A stretch of DNA of 64,000 bases from Eledone cirrhosa (taxonomy: Eukaryota), in contig OZ024741.1 in the NCBI GenBank assembly GCA_964016885.1, forward strand, positions 312,108,001 through 312,172,000, given 5' to 3'. Position 1 is the stretch's first letter, and each line of letters begins with the position of its first letter. Shown piece after piece: positions 1 to 12,293 of the stretch. The position numbers were made by a program, and so were the translations under genes. The notes below the pieces were generated by a model. It was not told where the DNA came from, did no database searches, and was given only the letters and a program-made list of their open reading frames with translations.

Positions 1-554
1 ATGTGGAGTGTTTGAAATTATTGCATTAATTTTACACAGTGAAATCATGGGCCAAAATCTGTGGTTTTCTCCCTTGTAGATTTACACACGTGGTTATATC
101 ACTATATAACACTGTGATTCTAAACTCTGGCGTAGAACAAAATACCTGTTGACGAAGTGACGGCCTTGTTTGATCATTATACCAAACGCTTATTATTTTA
201 AGCAGGCAGTATAATTGATTTAGGTGTCGCAGAAACCCTGTACTGGATTATACCATCATTTCCAAGGGGTCCGGTTAAATATTTCATTTATTTTCTTTGA
301 CCAGTTTAGCTTGCCTCGTCTTTTTTGGCTTAGGTGGTTGATGGCTTCTTAACCGCCATCTCAGATGGTTTGGCCTTTATAACCTATGTTTATTGCTCTG
401 GTCTCTTTTTGGTCCATAGAGCGCTTGCAAGCATAACTCGGATATTGCGTTTCTCTAGTTTTTTATCATGCCGAAATACGAATCTCGCTGAAATTATATT
501 TAAATATATATATACATACGTGTATTTCTGTTCAAAGGTACAAAGGTAAAATAT

Positions 555-651
<97 letters not shown>

Positions 652-654
652 TTT

Positions 655-1489
655 AACTCGTCGTACTTTCTTTTATTTTTTATTTTAGATGTTAGCTGTA
701 TATCCCAGACCGCCTATGGTGATAAATCCCCTGGGTATAGATTTTGGAAACATAGCGTTATCTCACTTAACGTTGGGAACTGGAACATATCGATGTGGTT
801 CGTAGGGTGCGGATATGATAAGGAGAATCGACCTGTTACAATGCGATATAATTGGAGTAAACCATCCACATATGGACTATCATACATGTAAGGCTGCACC
901 ACTGCTAACCAACTATTCTTTTCACAGACTCATGCTTGCAAACTCTCTTAATCTGCCTGTACACCCTGTTTTTGCACTGCTTTTACTTTGATGTATCTAT
1001 GCTTTGCATTGTCTTATATTTTGGGGGGTTTCCGGGCTTTTTATGTCTTTACTGTTTTGTATTTTTATATTTATCTCTTTTCTTATCCCTGTATTTTTGT
1101 ACTTTTTTATTTTTTTTTTATTATTCTCTTAATGTTTCTGATCATGCTGAGTAATCCCCTCACTCATCCCTTGCTACCCTCTCCCAATCTCTTTATCATC
1201 TATTGCACCATTTAAGTGATAGATTTTTGGTGTAATTTTTAAACTTTTAAGACATTTTATGACATTATGTGCATCATGTATTCTGTCTTTTTCAATATAG
1301 CGCTGGCCAGGTGTCGTAGGACAGGGTTCGCACCTTTCCGACAGACAACATTTAACCCCCACCCGATGGAGCATACAATTACTGATATACTCTTGTTTAT
1401 AGGCTCTGATGATTCCTGCCATGGGGTATGGATGAAACACGGTCAGCTAATAAAACAATGTATTTCTAAGCACTCTTTGGTTATTCCTA

Positions 1490-1495
<6 letters not shown>
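655..1495 (+). mobile_element. Probable 3'-terminal (pLTR-like) fragment of a PLE-type element
   Basis: Between two (TA)n runs; GC-richer block, T-rich tract, then a hammerhead just before the (TA)n, the same layout as the 3' ends of coding PLEs in this window; no ORF. Confidence 0.4.
1393..1458 (+). ncRNA. Type I hammerhead ribozyme, canonical core
   Basis: tttataggct-CTGATGA(1406-1412)-stem II-GAAA(1434)-cacgg-TC-agctaataaa; stem I pairs over ~10 nt with one mismatch. Confidence 0.8.
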
Positions 1496-1569
<74 letters not shown>

Positions 1570-1576
<7 letters not shown>

Positions 1577-2292
1577 GTGAGGTTTTTTTTACAAAATGAA
1601 TAAATAACCGAGGTGTCCTACACGAGTGAAAGTATAAAGAAAAAGAGATGAAATCGAAAATGCAACTGGAGTCTTATTTTTTTTTTAAATATATATATTT
1701 ATTTGGTTCCTTTACCGGTTTCGCAGTTCTTCTGCTTTTCAAAAGGTGAGTTGAGATGGAGGGTCTGTGGTTTTTCTCACATCTGGTTGGTCTCTGAATG
1801 TTACTTGTTTTATATGGAAAAAGTGACTCGAAATGCCAGGTTTTTCGAGAAGTAATTTGATTGGTTGGTCAAATAAGAGTGGGGTTGGGGGGGGGGGGGG
1901 GCACAGATTGTTTTTTCATATATGAGTGTTTGAATTTCTTTTTACTTGAAAAAAGGAGGCTCACGAAGGCGTTTTTGGGGTTGGTTATAAATGAAATTAT
2001 GGCTGTCACATGAACAAATTTTCATTAAATTTTTGTGCCCTTATTTGGAAATCCATTCTCTAGCCTTTTTAGAGAATTTTTTGATAAAAAGATAATGGTC
2101 AAGAGAAACGGATGAGAGAATTGTTCTGGTTCAATGAATATGGTTAGTTCGCTGGGGTGTCAGAATTCAGATTTTCTATTGAATAAAGAAAGTAAAGATA
2201 TGTGTTTTTATTTGTGTGCTTGTGTGTGTGTGTGCGTGTGTGTGTGTGTGTGTTTGAATTTCTTTACTTTAGAAAAAGGTGGCTCACGAAGG
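1570..2292 (-). mobile_element. 3' end fragment of the Neptune-like PLE family
   Basis: Reverse complement of ~11220-12016; bounded by (TA)n. Confidence 0.85.
1709..1746 (-). ncRNA. Minimal type I hammerhead with U3-A8 core
   Basis: Minus strand: cctt-TTGAAAA-gcag aagaa ctgc-GAAA-ccgg-TA-aagg. Confidence 0.7.
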
Positions 2293-2352
2293 CTATATAT
2301 ACATGTGTGTATATATATATATATATATATACACACATGTATATATATATAC

Positions 2353-2423
<71 letters not shown>

Positions 2424-2573
2424 TTAGAATTGGAGCTCTGAAATAGCAATATTTACAATATATATATGAATGTATATATAATGTATTTTGCAATACACTT
2501 TATGCTTAATTAAAAGCATTTTGAAGACCGTATGCTATTGTTTTAGAGTAGTGACAAACTCACTTACTTTACT

Positions 2574-2663
2574 CTCAGCATACAGGGGGAGATAAGCAGA
2601 CAAGGCCTTGTTTCGCCTTTATTGATGCTTATCAAGGCTAACTACTCCCTCATGTCTACTGAG
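2574..2663 (-). ncRNA. Type I hammerhead-like motif with U3-A8 core (second family)
   Basis: Minus strand: agcc-TTGATAA-gc...gc-GAAA-CAAGGCCTTG(palindrome)-TC-tgct; outer pairings gggag/ctccc and ctcag/ctgag; stem II weak. Confidence 0.55.
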
Positions 2664-2844
2664 ATCACTGATGTTATATTCTTATAGAATTCTAGTAAAT
2701 AATCAGGAACTGATTATACAGAGCGGTTGCCCGTCAGGCAGAAATTAAAAATTAGAATTGGAGCTCTGAAATAGCAAATATATATGAATGTATATATAAT
2801 GTATTTTGCAATACACTTTATGTCTGACCGGCAACCGCTCTGTA

Positions 2845-4262
2845 TAAGCAGAATGGCCCGGCCTTTCTCGGGCTACTAAACATAGATTGGCATGTTTATC
2901 CCTCCTTTCTGAAGCAGTACAGAGAAGTACGGAATACCTCGGCCTGGGGATCGTGTCTATAGTTTGTGCTTAGGCAAATAATTTTCCATTAAGATTTTTC
3001 AAAAGCATGTAATTGCGTTCCCTCTATTTATTGTTATTGTTTTTGCTGCTGTCGGTGTCATATCAGCCATTGGTCGTACTACTAAAACAGTCTCCTCCTT
3101 CTTCAACCAATCTTGTATATCCCCTTCTCCCTCGTCTACCTAAACAATGATTGTAGAACCTCCTAGTACTCAATGTTCCTTATTCTTCCGCGTCGGGCTT
3201 ATGCAAAGAGATTTGTCTTGCTTCCCACCCTTGAGTAGCCAACGTATAGTTGCCTGTATGAAAAACATGACTCTCCCAAAAGATGACCAGCAACAGCTAT
3301 GGTCTGACCCGGGGATTTGTTGATAGACATTGCAAAGCTGACACGGTTCGGCGAATGGTTCGTTGGATGTCTATTTAAAGTGCTCTTCTGGTGACAGTAC
3401 GTTCAGCATCTTGCAACCGCCGAATAGCAGATTACACTGATGATTCGTTTGCCCGACTTGTTTTTTTCTTGCTGCTTTCGCAGTATTTCGGACAACGGAG
3501 TATTTCTTCCTTCGAGGCATGACCTAAAAGCAGGACGAAGTACACTAAGACTAATTGGTAGAGTAAGGAGTAAACTCGTCAATGATGCATATGATTTCCG
3601 AACCATTCACTATGTAATTGCTGGCCTTGTGCCAAAAGTAGTGGGACTTTTTGTGTGGCATATCGACAGTAACAATGACGATAAGCCGTCAGTGCTTTCG
3701 TGAAATAAATACGTTTGTTTCTATTTTGTTTTTGTGTATGCGAAAATATCTGTACACGAATATATAATTATATATATATATATATATATCAGATTAAAGT
3801 TTAAGCAAAGAATCACTGCTTTTACCCTTAACTGGATTATCTGAAACTAAAAAAAATCAATATGTGAACGCAGAAGTAAATATTTCGAAGAACCTTGCAA
3901 CCGACGGAAAACAGGGAGACGATACTTTGGTTCGTGAAGACGTTCCCTGGAAATGAACGGAAAATAGCGAAGATAATCCGTCAGCAATGAGAACGATGTT
4001 TTCCCAATGTCGTAAGCCAGACATAAAGATAAATATTATAAGGGCCCAACGTTATAGCTATGTATTTATCTAAAAAGAACGACTAAGAAAGAGAGAGAGA
4101 GAGATAGAGATATCAGAAAATTGAGTAATAAAAGCTGCAGTTAATATCTTTAGACGGCAAAGAATATAGGAATGCAAGTTTCAAGTCAATTGGAGTAGAA
4201 ATGTGGATTTGTATAGACGTTCATAGGACACACATACACAGACAATTTAAGATTTATATATA
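2845..4262 (-). mobile_element. Non-autonomous Helitron with Pif1 helicase C-terminal remnant
   Basis: Minus strand 3155-3346 reads FAMSINKSPGQTIAVAG..GESCFSYRQLYVGYSRV; 3' hairpin gcccgagaaaggccgggc before a degenerate CTAG (CTTA) at 2845; Helitron-like 5' end (tatataaatcttaaattgtctgtg) running into (TA)n; continuity of the middle is inferred. Confidence 0.55.
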
Positions 4263-4272
4263 TATATATGTA

Positions 4273-4337
<65 letters not shown>

Positions 4338-4403
4338 AAAAGATGAAATCGAAAATGCAACTGGAGTCTTATTTTTAAAAAATATATATATATTTATTTA
4401 GTT

Positions 4404-4441
4404 CCTTTACGGGTTTCGCAGTTCTTCTGCTTTTCAAAAGT
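4404..4441 (-). ncRNA. Hammerhead with U3-A8 core (copy)
   Basis: Minus strand: actt-TTGAAAA-gcag aagaa ctgc-GAAA-cccg-TA-aagg. Confidence 0.65.
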
Positions 4442-4734
4442 AGAGTTGAAATGGAGGGTCTGTGGTTTTTCTCACATCTGGTTGGTCTCTCAATGTTACT
4501 TGTTTTATATGGAAAAAGTGGCTCGAAATGCCAGGTTTTTCGAGAAGTAATTTGATTGGTTGGTCAATAATTATAATAAATTTCGCGCCACTTCGCGTTA
4601 CAATAGTGTTTCAAATAAGAGAGGGGGTTATCACAGGTTGTTTTTTCATATATGAGTGTTTGAATTTCTTTTTACTTGAAAAAAAATGCTCACGAAGGCT
4701 TTTTTTTAATTTATTTTTTTAAATAAGCCTAATT

Positions 4735-5640
4735 TGATTGGTTATAAATGAAATTATGGCTGTCACATGAACAAGTCTTCATTAAATTTTCGCGCCCCTA
4801 TTTGGAAATCCATTCTGTAGCCTTTTTAGAGAATTTTATGATAAGTAAAAGATAATGGTCAAGAGAAATGGTATGGGATAATTGTTCTGGTTCAGTGAAT
4901 ATGGTTAGTTCGCCGGGGTGTCAGAATTCAGATTTTCTATTGAATAAAGAAAGTAAAGGTTTATATGTTTATGTGTGTGCTTGTGTGTGTGGTGTGTGTG
5001 TGTGTGTGTGTTTGAATTTATTTTTACTTAAAAAAAAGGTGGCTCACGGAGGATTTTTTTTAATAGACGGAATTTGATTGGTTATAATGAAATTTGGCTG
5101 TCACGTGAACAAGTTTTCATTACATTTTCGCGCCCTTATTTGGAAATCCATTCTGTAGCCTTTTTTAGAGAATTTTATGATAAGTAAAAGATAATGGTCA
5201 AAAGAAATAGGATGGGAGAATTGTTCTGGTTCAGTGAATATGGTTAGTTCGCTGGGGTGTCAGAATTCAGATTTTCTATTGAATAAAGAAAGTAAAGATA
5301 TGCATGTTTATTTGTGTGCTTGTGTGTGTGTGTGCGTGTGTGTGTGTGTGTGTGTTTGAATTTCTCTTTACTTAAAAAAAAGGTGGCTCACGAAGGCTTT
5401 TTTTTAATAAACGTAATTTGATTGGTTATCAATGAAATTTGGCTGTCACATGAACAAGTTTTCATTACATTTTCGCGCCCTTATTTGGAAATCTATTCTG
5501 TAGCCTTTTTAGAGAATGTTATGACAAGCAAAAGATAATGGTCAAAAGAAATGGAATGGGAGAATTGTTCTGGTTCAGTGAATATGGTTAGTTCGCTGGG
5601 GTGTCAGAGTTCAGATTTTCTATTGAAGTAAAGATATGTA
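4735..5640 (-). repeat. ~330-bp tandem repeat in the PLE 3' UTR (3 units)
   Basis: Recurrent aatttgattggttat...ggctgtcac...gttctggttcagtgaatatggttagttcgc...(gt)n blocks starting near 4735, 5070 and 5415. Confidence 0.8.
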
Positions 5641-5655
5641 TGTTTATTTGTGTGC

Positions 5656-5696
<41 letters not shown>

Positions 5697-7196
5697 TGTG
5701 TATTGGAAGATGATTCTATTAGTACAAATGGGGGAGGGAGTTGTGTGTGTGTGTATGGGTGCTATGTGTGTGCGTGTGCGAGTATGTTAAGATGGAGAGA
5801 ATATATATTTTGTGTGTGTATATATGTGTGTTGGAAAGTGGTTCTATTAGTAGAAATGGGGGAGGGAGTTGTGGGTGTGGGTGTTGTTATGTGTGTGGGA
5901 GTATGGTTAGCATGTTAAGATGAAGAGAATATATATATATTGTGTGTGTGTGTGTGCAGGAAAATGATTCCTTTAGTAGGAATATTTTTGAATGAACATA
6001 TTTTCCTTACTTATTCGTATTTGTTCTGTTGTATAGTCAGTGCAAACGTATGTTAAGGTTTATTTAGTTCGGGTTTTTATTATCTAAAGTAGAAGGTGTT
6101 ATGTGTGTGTGTGTATGTCATATAATGGTGTTGACATAATGTATATTAAACCATATTTAATGCTGTTCTATATTTTTGAATAAACATATTTTCCTTATTT
6201 ATCCGTATTTGTTGTGTTGTATTGTTAGCGCAAAGGTAAAATGGGAAGACTTGGAATTTGGGTGTCTTATTACTTGCGCAAATGTCTAGATATGCGCTTA
6301 GTGGTATCTGTCTCGTGGTTGGATCTCGTAATTATTTGCGATGAACTGTCATTCTGTTTCTGAGTGTGAGGTTAGTTTGTCCTATATAATATTCATTGCA
6401 TCCTTTACATTTAATGGCATAAAATAGATTTTTTGATGACCATGTGAAGTGATTTTTTTAAGTAAAATTGTGTCCTGATTTAAATGTATACGTGTTGCCT
6501 TCAATGAGGTGAGTGCAGGTTCCACAATTAGAGCGACCACATTTTTTAATAATTTGTTGTGGGTTTGTTGTAGGTAATTTGGCATAGGTGAGTAATGTTT
6601 TCAGTGATTTCCGTTGTCTTTTGCTTTTGATTATTTTGTGTGTTTCAAGGGCTTTTTTCATTCTTGGGTTTTGTTTTAGTAGTGGCATGTTCATGTGAAT
6701 AGTGTTGTAAGCTTCCGCATTTCTTGGGTTGTGTGTTGAGATATATGATAGAATATTGGACGTACCTTGAATTTGTTTCTGTTTTCGTAATTCATAAATG
6801 CCTATTGCTTTAGCCCTTTCTATTCCATTATTTATTAGTAATAGTGGGTACTCTCTCGAGTAGAATTTCCTTTAATTCTTGAAGTCTTTTATTTCGCGTT
6901 TCATAATTGGAGACAATTGTGCAAATTCTTCTTGCTAGGTTAAAAGGAATGTTCGTCTTCGTGTGATTTGGATGGTTGGAGGTGAATAGCAGGTATTGTT
7001 TGGAATCTGTTGGTTTGTAGTGTATGTCAGTTTCGATATTTGTGTCTTTTTTTAAGATTAAGATGTCCAGAAATGGGAGTTGATCTTGGCTGTATTCCAT
7101 TGTGAATTGGATGTGGTTATTGATGCCGTTTATTAAGTTTTTGGAATCCTTCAGTTGGTCGAGTGAGTGTGACCAAATAATGAGTCAGTCATCCAA

Positions 7197-7540
7197 GAAG
7201 TTGTTGAAACAGGTGGCGTTTTCTTCCCCTCGCTGGAGGGATGTTAGTTCTTCATCCTCACAGTTTTCTTTCCAAAGTTTTAGGTTTTTTTGTAGAGTAG
7301 GCGCCTTCGGAGTGCTTTGAGATTTTTGTGTCCATCTGTTGGTCGAGTGACTTGAATTTTCTTCGTTGGAGTTGGCTCTTAATCGCAACAGTTCTATTTT
7401 TATTTTAAATTTTTCCAACGCCATCTTTTCCCTAAGTCTTTGTTGGTTTTCTGGTTCATTCGGGATGGGTTTTATTTGGAGATTTTTGGGGAGGATGATT
7501 GGGGTAGAGTTTAGCCACTTTTCATATATGTCTGCCTTGC
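7197..7540 (-). mobile_element. Inverted fragment of the same PLE's 5' coding region
   Basis: ORF 7185..7424 (LEKFKIKIELLRLRANSNEE) matches 61749..62168; 7197-7365 mirrors 7541-7705. Confidence 0.85.
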
Positions 7541-8161
7541 CGAAGAAAAATTCAAGTCACTCGACCAACAGATGGACACAGAAATCTCAAAGCACTCTGA
7601 AGGCCTACTCTACAAAAAACCCTAAAACTTTGGAAAGAAAACTGCGAGGATGAAGAACTAACATCGCTCCAGCGATGGGAAAAAACGCCACCTGGTTCAA
7701 CAACTACGAAATGGACATAAAAAATGAACAACATACAGGTAACCCATTTTTAAAACAAACTAAAACTCACACACCACATGCACAACAAATAACAAAAAAG
7801 TAACAAAACGTCCAACATACCCCCAGCAAAACTATAACGATAATCCCAGAAACCATAGACAAAACTATAACCCTACTAACAAAAACCGAAGATCCCCGAA
7901 CACAAGGCAGAACCCGATCCGCAGATCACAACCCACACAAAACCTATTCCAAAACCGTACACCCCTGCCCACACAGAGCCTGTTCCCAAACGGTAGATCC
8001 CTGCCCACACAAAGGAACAAAATCTACAACCCGGACTATCAACAAACCGAACCTCAATACGTCCGAAACTTTTACACAAGACCACACAACAATAGGGGAA
8101 ATACCATTAGATATAATAATACCATCGAAAAAACATTCCAGAAAAATCATTTTTTAGACCA

Positions 8162-10457
8162 ATGCTACAGGACTCACAACACCCGGTGGCACAAACCGAT
8201 TTTGAAAAACCGAAAATAATCAACTTTTCAAATACAAACCTCTCAGCCCAACAAGTAAAGATTCTCTCCAAAGGACTGAAATTCACACCAACACCACAAT
8301 ACCCTAACCCCAATGAGATAAATGACCATATCTCACACTTCTGTAGAAAATTACGTCTCACAGAGGAATTCTTTGACAAGGAGAATAACAACGAATCATT
8401 TGTACGGAATAAAAGCAGCTACAACCCAACAAAAGGTAGAAACAGTGTTCGGGACAAATTTTGTCACCACATAGCTACCTTCCTATACCATGAACTACCG
8501 CAACCTAAACCCAAACCCAACACGAGTCGAAGGGAATGAGAGATTATCCATGAACTAAAAAACAATACGGACATTACAATTAAGGAAGCGGACAAGAGAA
8601 GTACTGTTGTCATTATGGAGGCTGAAAAATATAAAAATTCTATCTTCTCTCTCTTACAAAATACTTATTACTATAAAAGAGTAAAAAACTACCAGCAATC
8701 AAAAACAATGACCATATTAAACACACTGATTTATCGATACCAGGAAGACCTAACTAAAAAGGAACGCGATTATTTAACAAATTTTGAATACCAAACCAGC
8801 AACCTTTACGGACTTCCGAAGATCCACAAGTGTAAAATAATTAACGATGCCTGTAAACAATCCACCTCAGCCTGCGTGAACACACAATACCCCACAGACC
8901 TTAAATTTAAACCAATTGTAGCGGGCCCACAATGTGAAACACACAGACTGAGCAACTTTATAGACATACTACTGAAACCAATTCTCAAACACATACCAAG
9001 CCTTGTAAGAGACGATCTGGACCTCTTAAACCACCTCCCCAAAAATGTCAACAACGACACTATTATTGTGTCTTTCGATGTAGTGAATCTCTACACAACG
9101 ATCCCACACCAATACGGACTAGAAGCAATAGGATACCTGGCTAGAGAAATATCCCAATGAGATACCTGATAGAATAGAAAAAAGCTTCATCACCGAGGGA
9201 TTAAAATTCATTTTACAGAACAACTTTTTTGATTTCGATGGCAATACTTACAAGCAAATATCAGGGACTGCGATGGGTACAAAAGCCGCTTCAACTTATG
9301 CCAACTTAGTCATGGCATACTTAGAATTCCAGATATATGAACAGTCCAAATCAAAATACGGATTGAACTTCCACAAATATTTATCAGAGAATTGGAAACG
9401 CTACTTGGATGATTGTCTCATTCTTTGGTCCCACACACTCGACCAACTGAAGGATTTCAAAAACTTGATGAACGGCATCAATAACCACATCCAATTCACA
9501 ATGGAATACAGCCAAGATCAACTCCCATTTCTGGACATCTTAATCTTTAAAAAAGACACAAATATCTAAACTGACATACACTATAAACCAACAGATTCCA
9601 AACAATACCTGCTATTCACCTCCAACCAGCCAAAGCACACGAAGACGAACATTCCTTTTAACCTAGCAAGAAGAATTTGCACAATTGTCTCCAATTATGA
9701 AACGCGAAATAAAAGACTTCAAGAATTAAAGGAAATTCTACTCGAGAGAGAGTACCCACTATTACTAATAAATAATGGAATAGAAAGGGCTAAAGCAATA
9801 GGCATTGATGAATTACGAAAACAGAAACAAATTCAAGGTACGTCCAATATTCTATCATATATCTCAACACACAACCCAAGAAATGTGGAAGCTTACAACA
9901 CTATTCACAAGAACATCCCACTACTAAAACAAAACCCAAGAATGAAAAAAGCCCTTGAAATACACAACATAATCAAAAGCAAAAGACAACGGAAATCACT
10001 GAAAACATTACTCACCTATGCCAAATTACCTACCACAAACCCACAACCAAGTATCAAAAAATGTGGTCGCTCTAATTGTGGAACCTGCACTCACCTTATT
10101 GAAGGCAACACGTATACATTTAAATCAGGACAAAATTTTACTGTAAAAAATCACTTCACATGGTCATCAAAAAATCTATTTTATGCCATTAAATGTAAAG
10201 GATACAATGAAGATTATATAGGACAAACTAAACTCACACTCAGAAACATAATGACAGTTCATCGCCAACAATTACGAGATCCAACCACGAGACAGATACC
10301 ACTAAGCGCACATCTAGACATTTGCGCAAGTAATAAGACACCCAAATTCCAAGTCTTCCAATTTTACCTTTGCGCTAACAATACAACAGAACAAATACGA
10401 ATAAATAAGGAAAATATGTTTATTAAAAAATATAGACCAGCATTAAATATGGTTTAA
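8162..10457 (+). pseudogene. Disrupted PLE ORF: reverse transcriptase + GIY-YIG endonuclease
   Basis: LSKGLKFTPTP, LYGLPKIHK, SFDVVNLYT, GTAMGTKAASTYANL, WKRYLDD, LPFLD, CGRSNCGTC, LFYAIKC...YIGQT, R..VH, KENMFIKKYRPALN; several stops and frameshifts. Confidence 0.92.
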
Positions 10458-11840
10458 TATACATTATGTCAACACCATAATATGATATACACACACACAC
10501 ATAACACCTTCTACTTTAGAAAATAAAAACCCGAACTAAATAAACCTTAACATACGTTTGCACTGACAATACAACAGAACAAATACGAATAAGTAAGGAA
10601 AATATGTTCATTCAAAAATATTCCTACTAAAGGAATCATTTTCCTACACACACACACACACACACAATATATATATATATATATATATATATTCTCTTCA
10701 TCTTAACATGTTAACCATACTCCCACACACATAACAACCCCCACACCTACAACTCCCTCCCCCATTTCTACTAATAGAAACACTTTCCTACACACATATA
10801 TACACACACACAAAATATATATTCTCTCCATCTTAACATACTCGCACAGACACACACATAACACCCATATACACACACACACAACTCCCTCCCCCATTTC
10901 TACTAATAGAATCATCTTCCAATACACACACACACAAACACACACACGCACACACGCAAGCAAACAAATAAACATACATATCTTTACTTCAATAGAAAAT
11001 CTGAACTCTGACACCCCAGCGAACTAACCATATTCACTGAACCAGAACAATTCTCCCATCCCATTTCTTTTGACCACTATCTTTTGCTTGTCATAACATT
11101 CACTAAAAAGGCTACAGAATAGATTTCCAAATAAGGGCGCGAAAAATAATGAAAACTTGTTCACGTGACAGCCAAATTTGATTTATAACCAATCAAATTA
11201 CGTTTATTAAAAAAAAGCCTTCGTGAGCCACCTTTTTTTAAGTAAAATGAAATTCAAACACACACACACACAACACACACACACACGCACACACACACAA
11301 GCACACAAATAACCATACATATCTTTACTTTCTATATTCAATAGAAAATCTGAATTCTGACACCCCAGCGAACTAACCATATTCACTGAACCAGAATAAT
11401 TCTCCCATCCCATTTCTCTTGACCATTATCTTTTACTTATCATAAAATTCTTTAAAAAGGCTAAAGGATGGATCTCCAAATAAGGGCGCGAAAATTTAAT
11501 GAAAACTTGTTCACGTGACAGCTATAATTTCATTTATAACCAATCAAATTACGCTTAATTAAAAAAAAAAAAAAAAAAAAAGCCTTATTAAAAGAAATTC
11601 AATTTCTCGTAAAAGAAATTCAAAAACTCATATATGAAAAAACAACTTGTGAACCCCACCCTCTAATTTGAAGAACTATTGTAACGCGAACTGGCGCGAA
11701 ATTTATTATAATTATTGACCAACCAATCAAATTACTTCTCGAAAAACCTGGCATTTCGAGCCACTTTTTCCATATAAAACAAGTAACATTGAGAGACCAA
11801 CCAGATGTGAGAAAAACCACAGACCCTTCATTTCAACTCT

Positions 11841-11878
11841 ACTTTTGAAAAGCAGAAGAACTGCGAAACCCGTAAAGG
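11841..11878 (+). ncRNA. Hammerhead with U3-A8 core (copy)
   Basis: actt-TTGAAAA(11845-11851)-gcag aagaa ctgc-GAAA-cccg-TA-aagg. Confidence 0.65.
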
Positions 11879-12235
11879 AACCAAATAAATATATATATAT
11901 TTTTTAAAAATAAGACTCCAGTTACATTTTCGATTTCTTCTTTTTTTCTTTATAATTTCACTCGTGTAGGACACCTCGGTTATTTTTCCTTTTGTAAAAA
12001 AAACCTCACTTTCTAATATATATATATATATATACATATATTTAGGTTTGTTGGTTCACCACTGGATAGAGTTGGTCATTCCGTATGGTCAATCTCGATG
12101 TAATATTATGGAGAGTACTCAACGTAATGCAGCTCACCCGTCTTCGTTTGTGTAGTTGGTGGTGCGAGTACGGAGTTAATTATTATAATAAAATAACAGG
12201 AGGCTGGACTTGTGTAAATCCTTGAAAGGTTTATT

Positions 12236-12293
12236 ATACTATGAGCATTTCAATGACCGGGTTCCCTATGAATCCGGTGATATCTTCAGGTAT
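12236..12293 (-). ncRNA. Type I hammerhead, canonical core
   Basis: Minus strand: atac-CTGAAGA-tatcaccgg...ccggtcatt-GAAA-tgctca-TA-gtat. Confidence 0.75.

Larger units (their letters stand above)
4337..7196 (-). mobile_element. Inverted 3' portion of the Neptune-like PLE (RT C-terminus, GIY-YIG, 3' UTR)
   Basis: ORFs 6828..7100 and 6458..6694 match ORFs 9273..9569 and 9885..10457; mirror of ~9403-11945. Confidence 0.9.
7541..12016 (+). mobile_element. Neptune-like Penelope-like retroelement, 5'-truncated
   Basis: RT + CxxxxCxxC linker + GIY-YIG, long 3' UTR, terminal hammerhead, ends at (TA)n. Confidence 0.9.

Noticed and set aside
1-550. Short ORFs 334..549 and 390..575
   Set aside because: No recognisable motif on either strand; unassigned
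3431-3620. CTGATGA with attaca/tgtaat pairing
   Set aside because: No GAAA/stem III; the tgtaat belongs to a SINE tail fragment
8530-8545. In-frame TGA as selenocysteine (as in Naiad PLEs)
   Set aside because: The sister copy has TGG at this position (~63076), it is not a Cys site, and no convincing SECIS was seen
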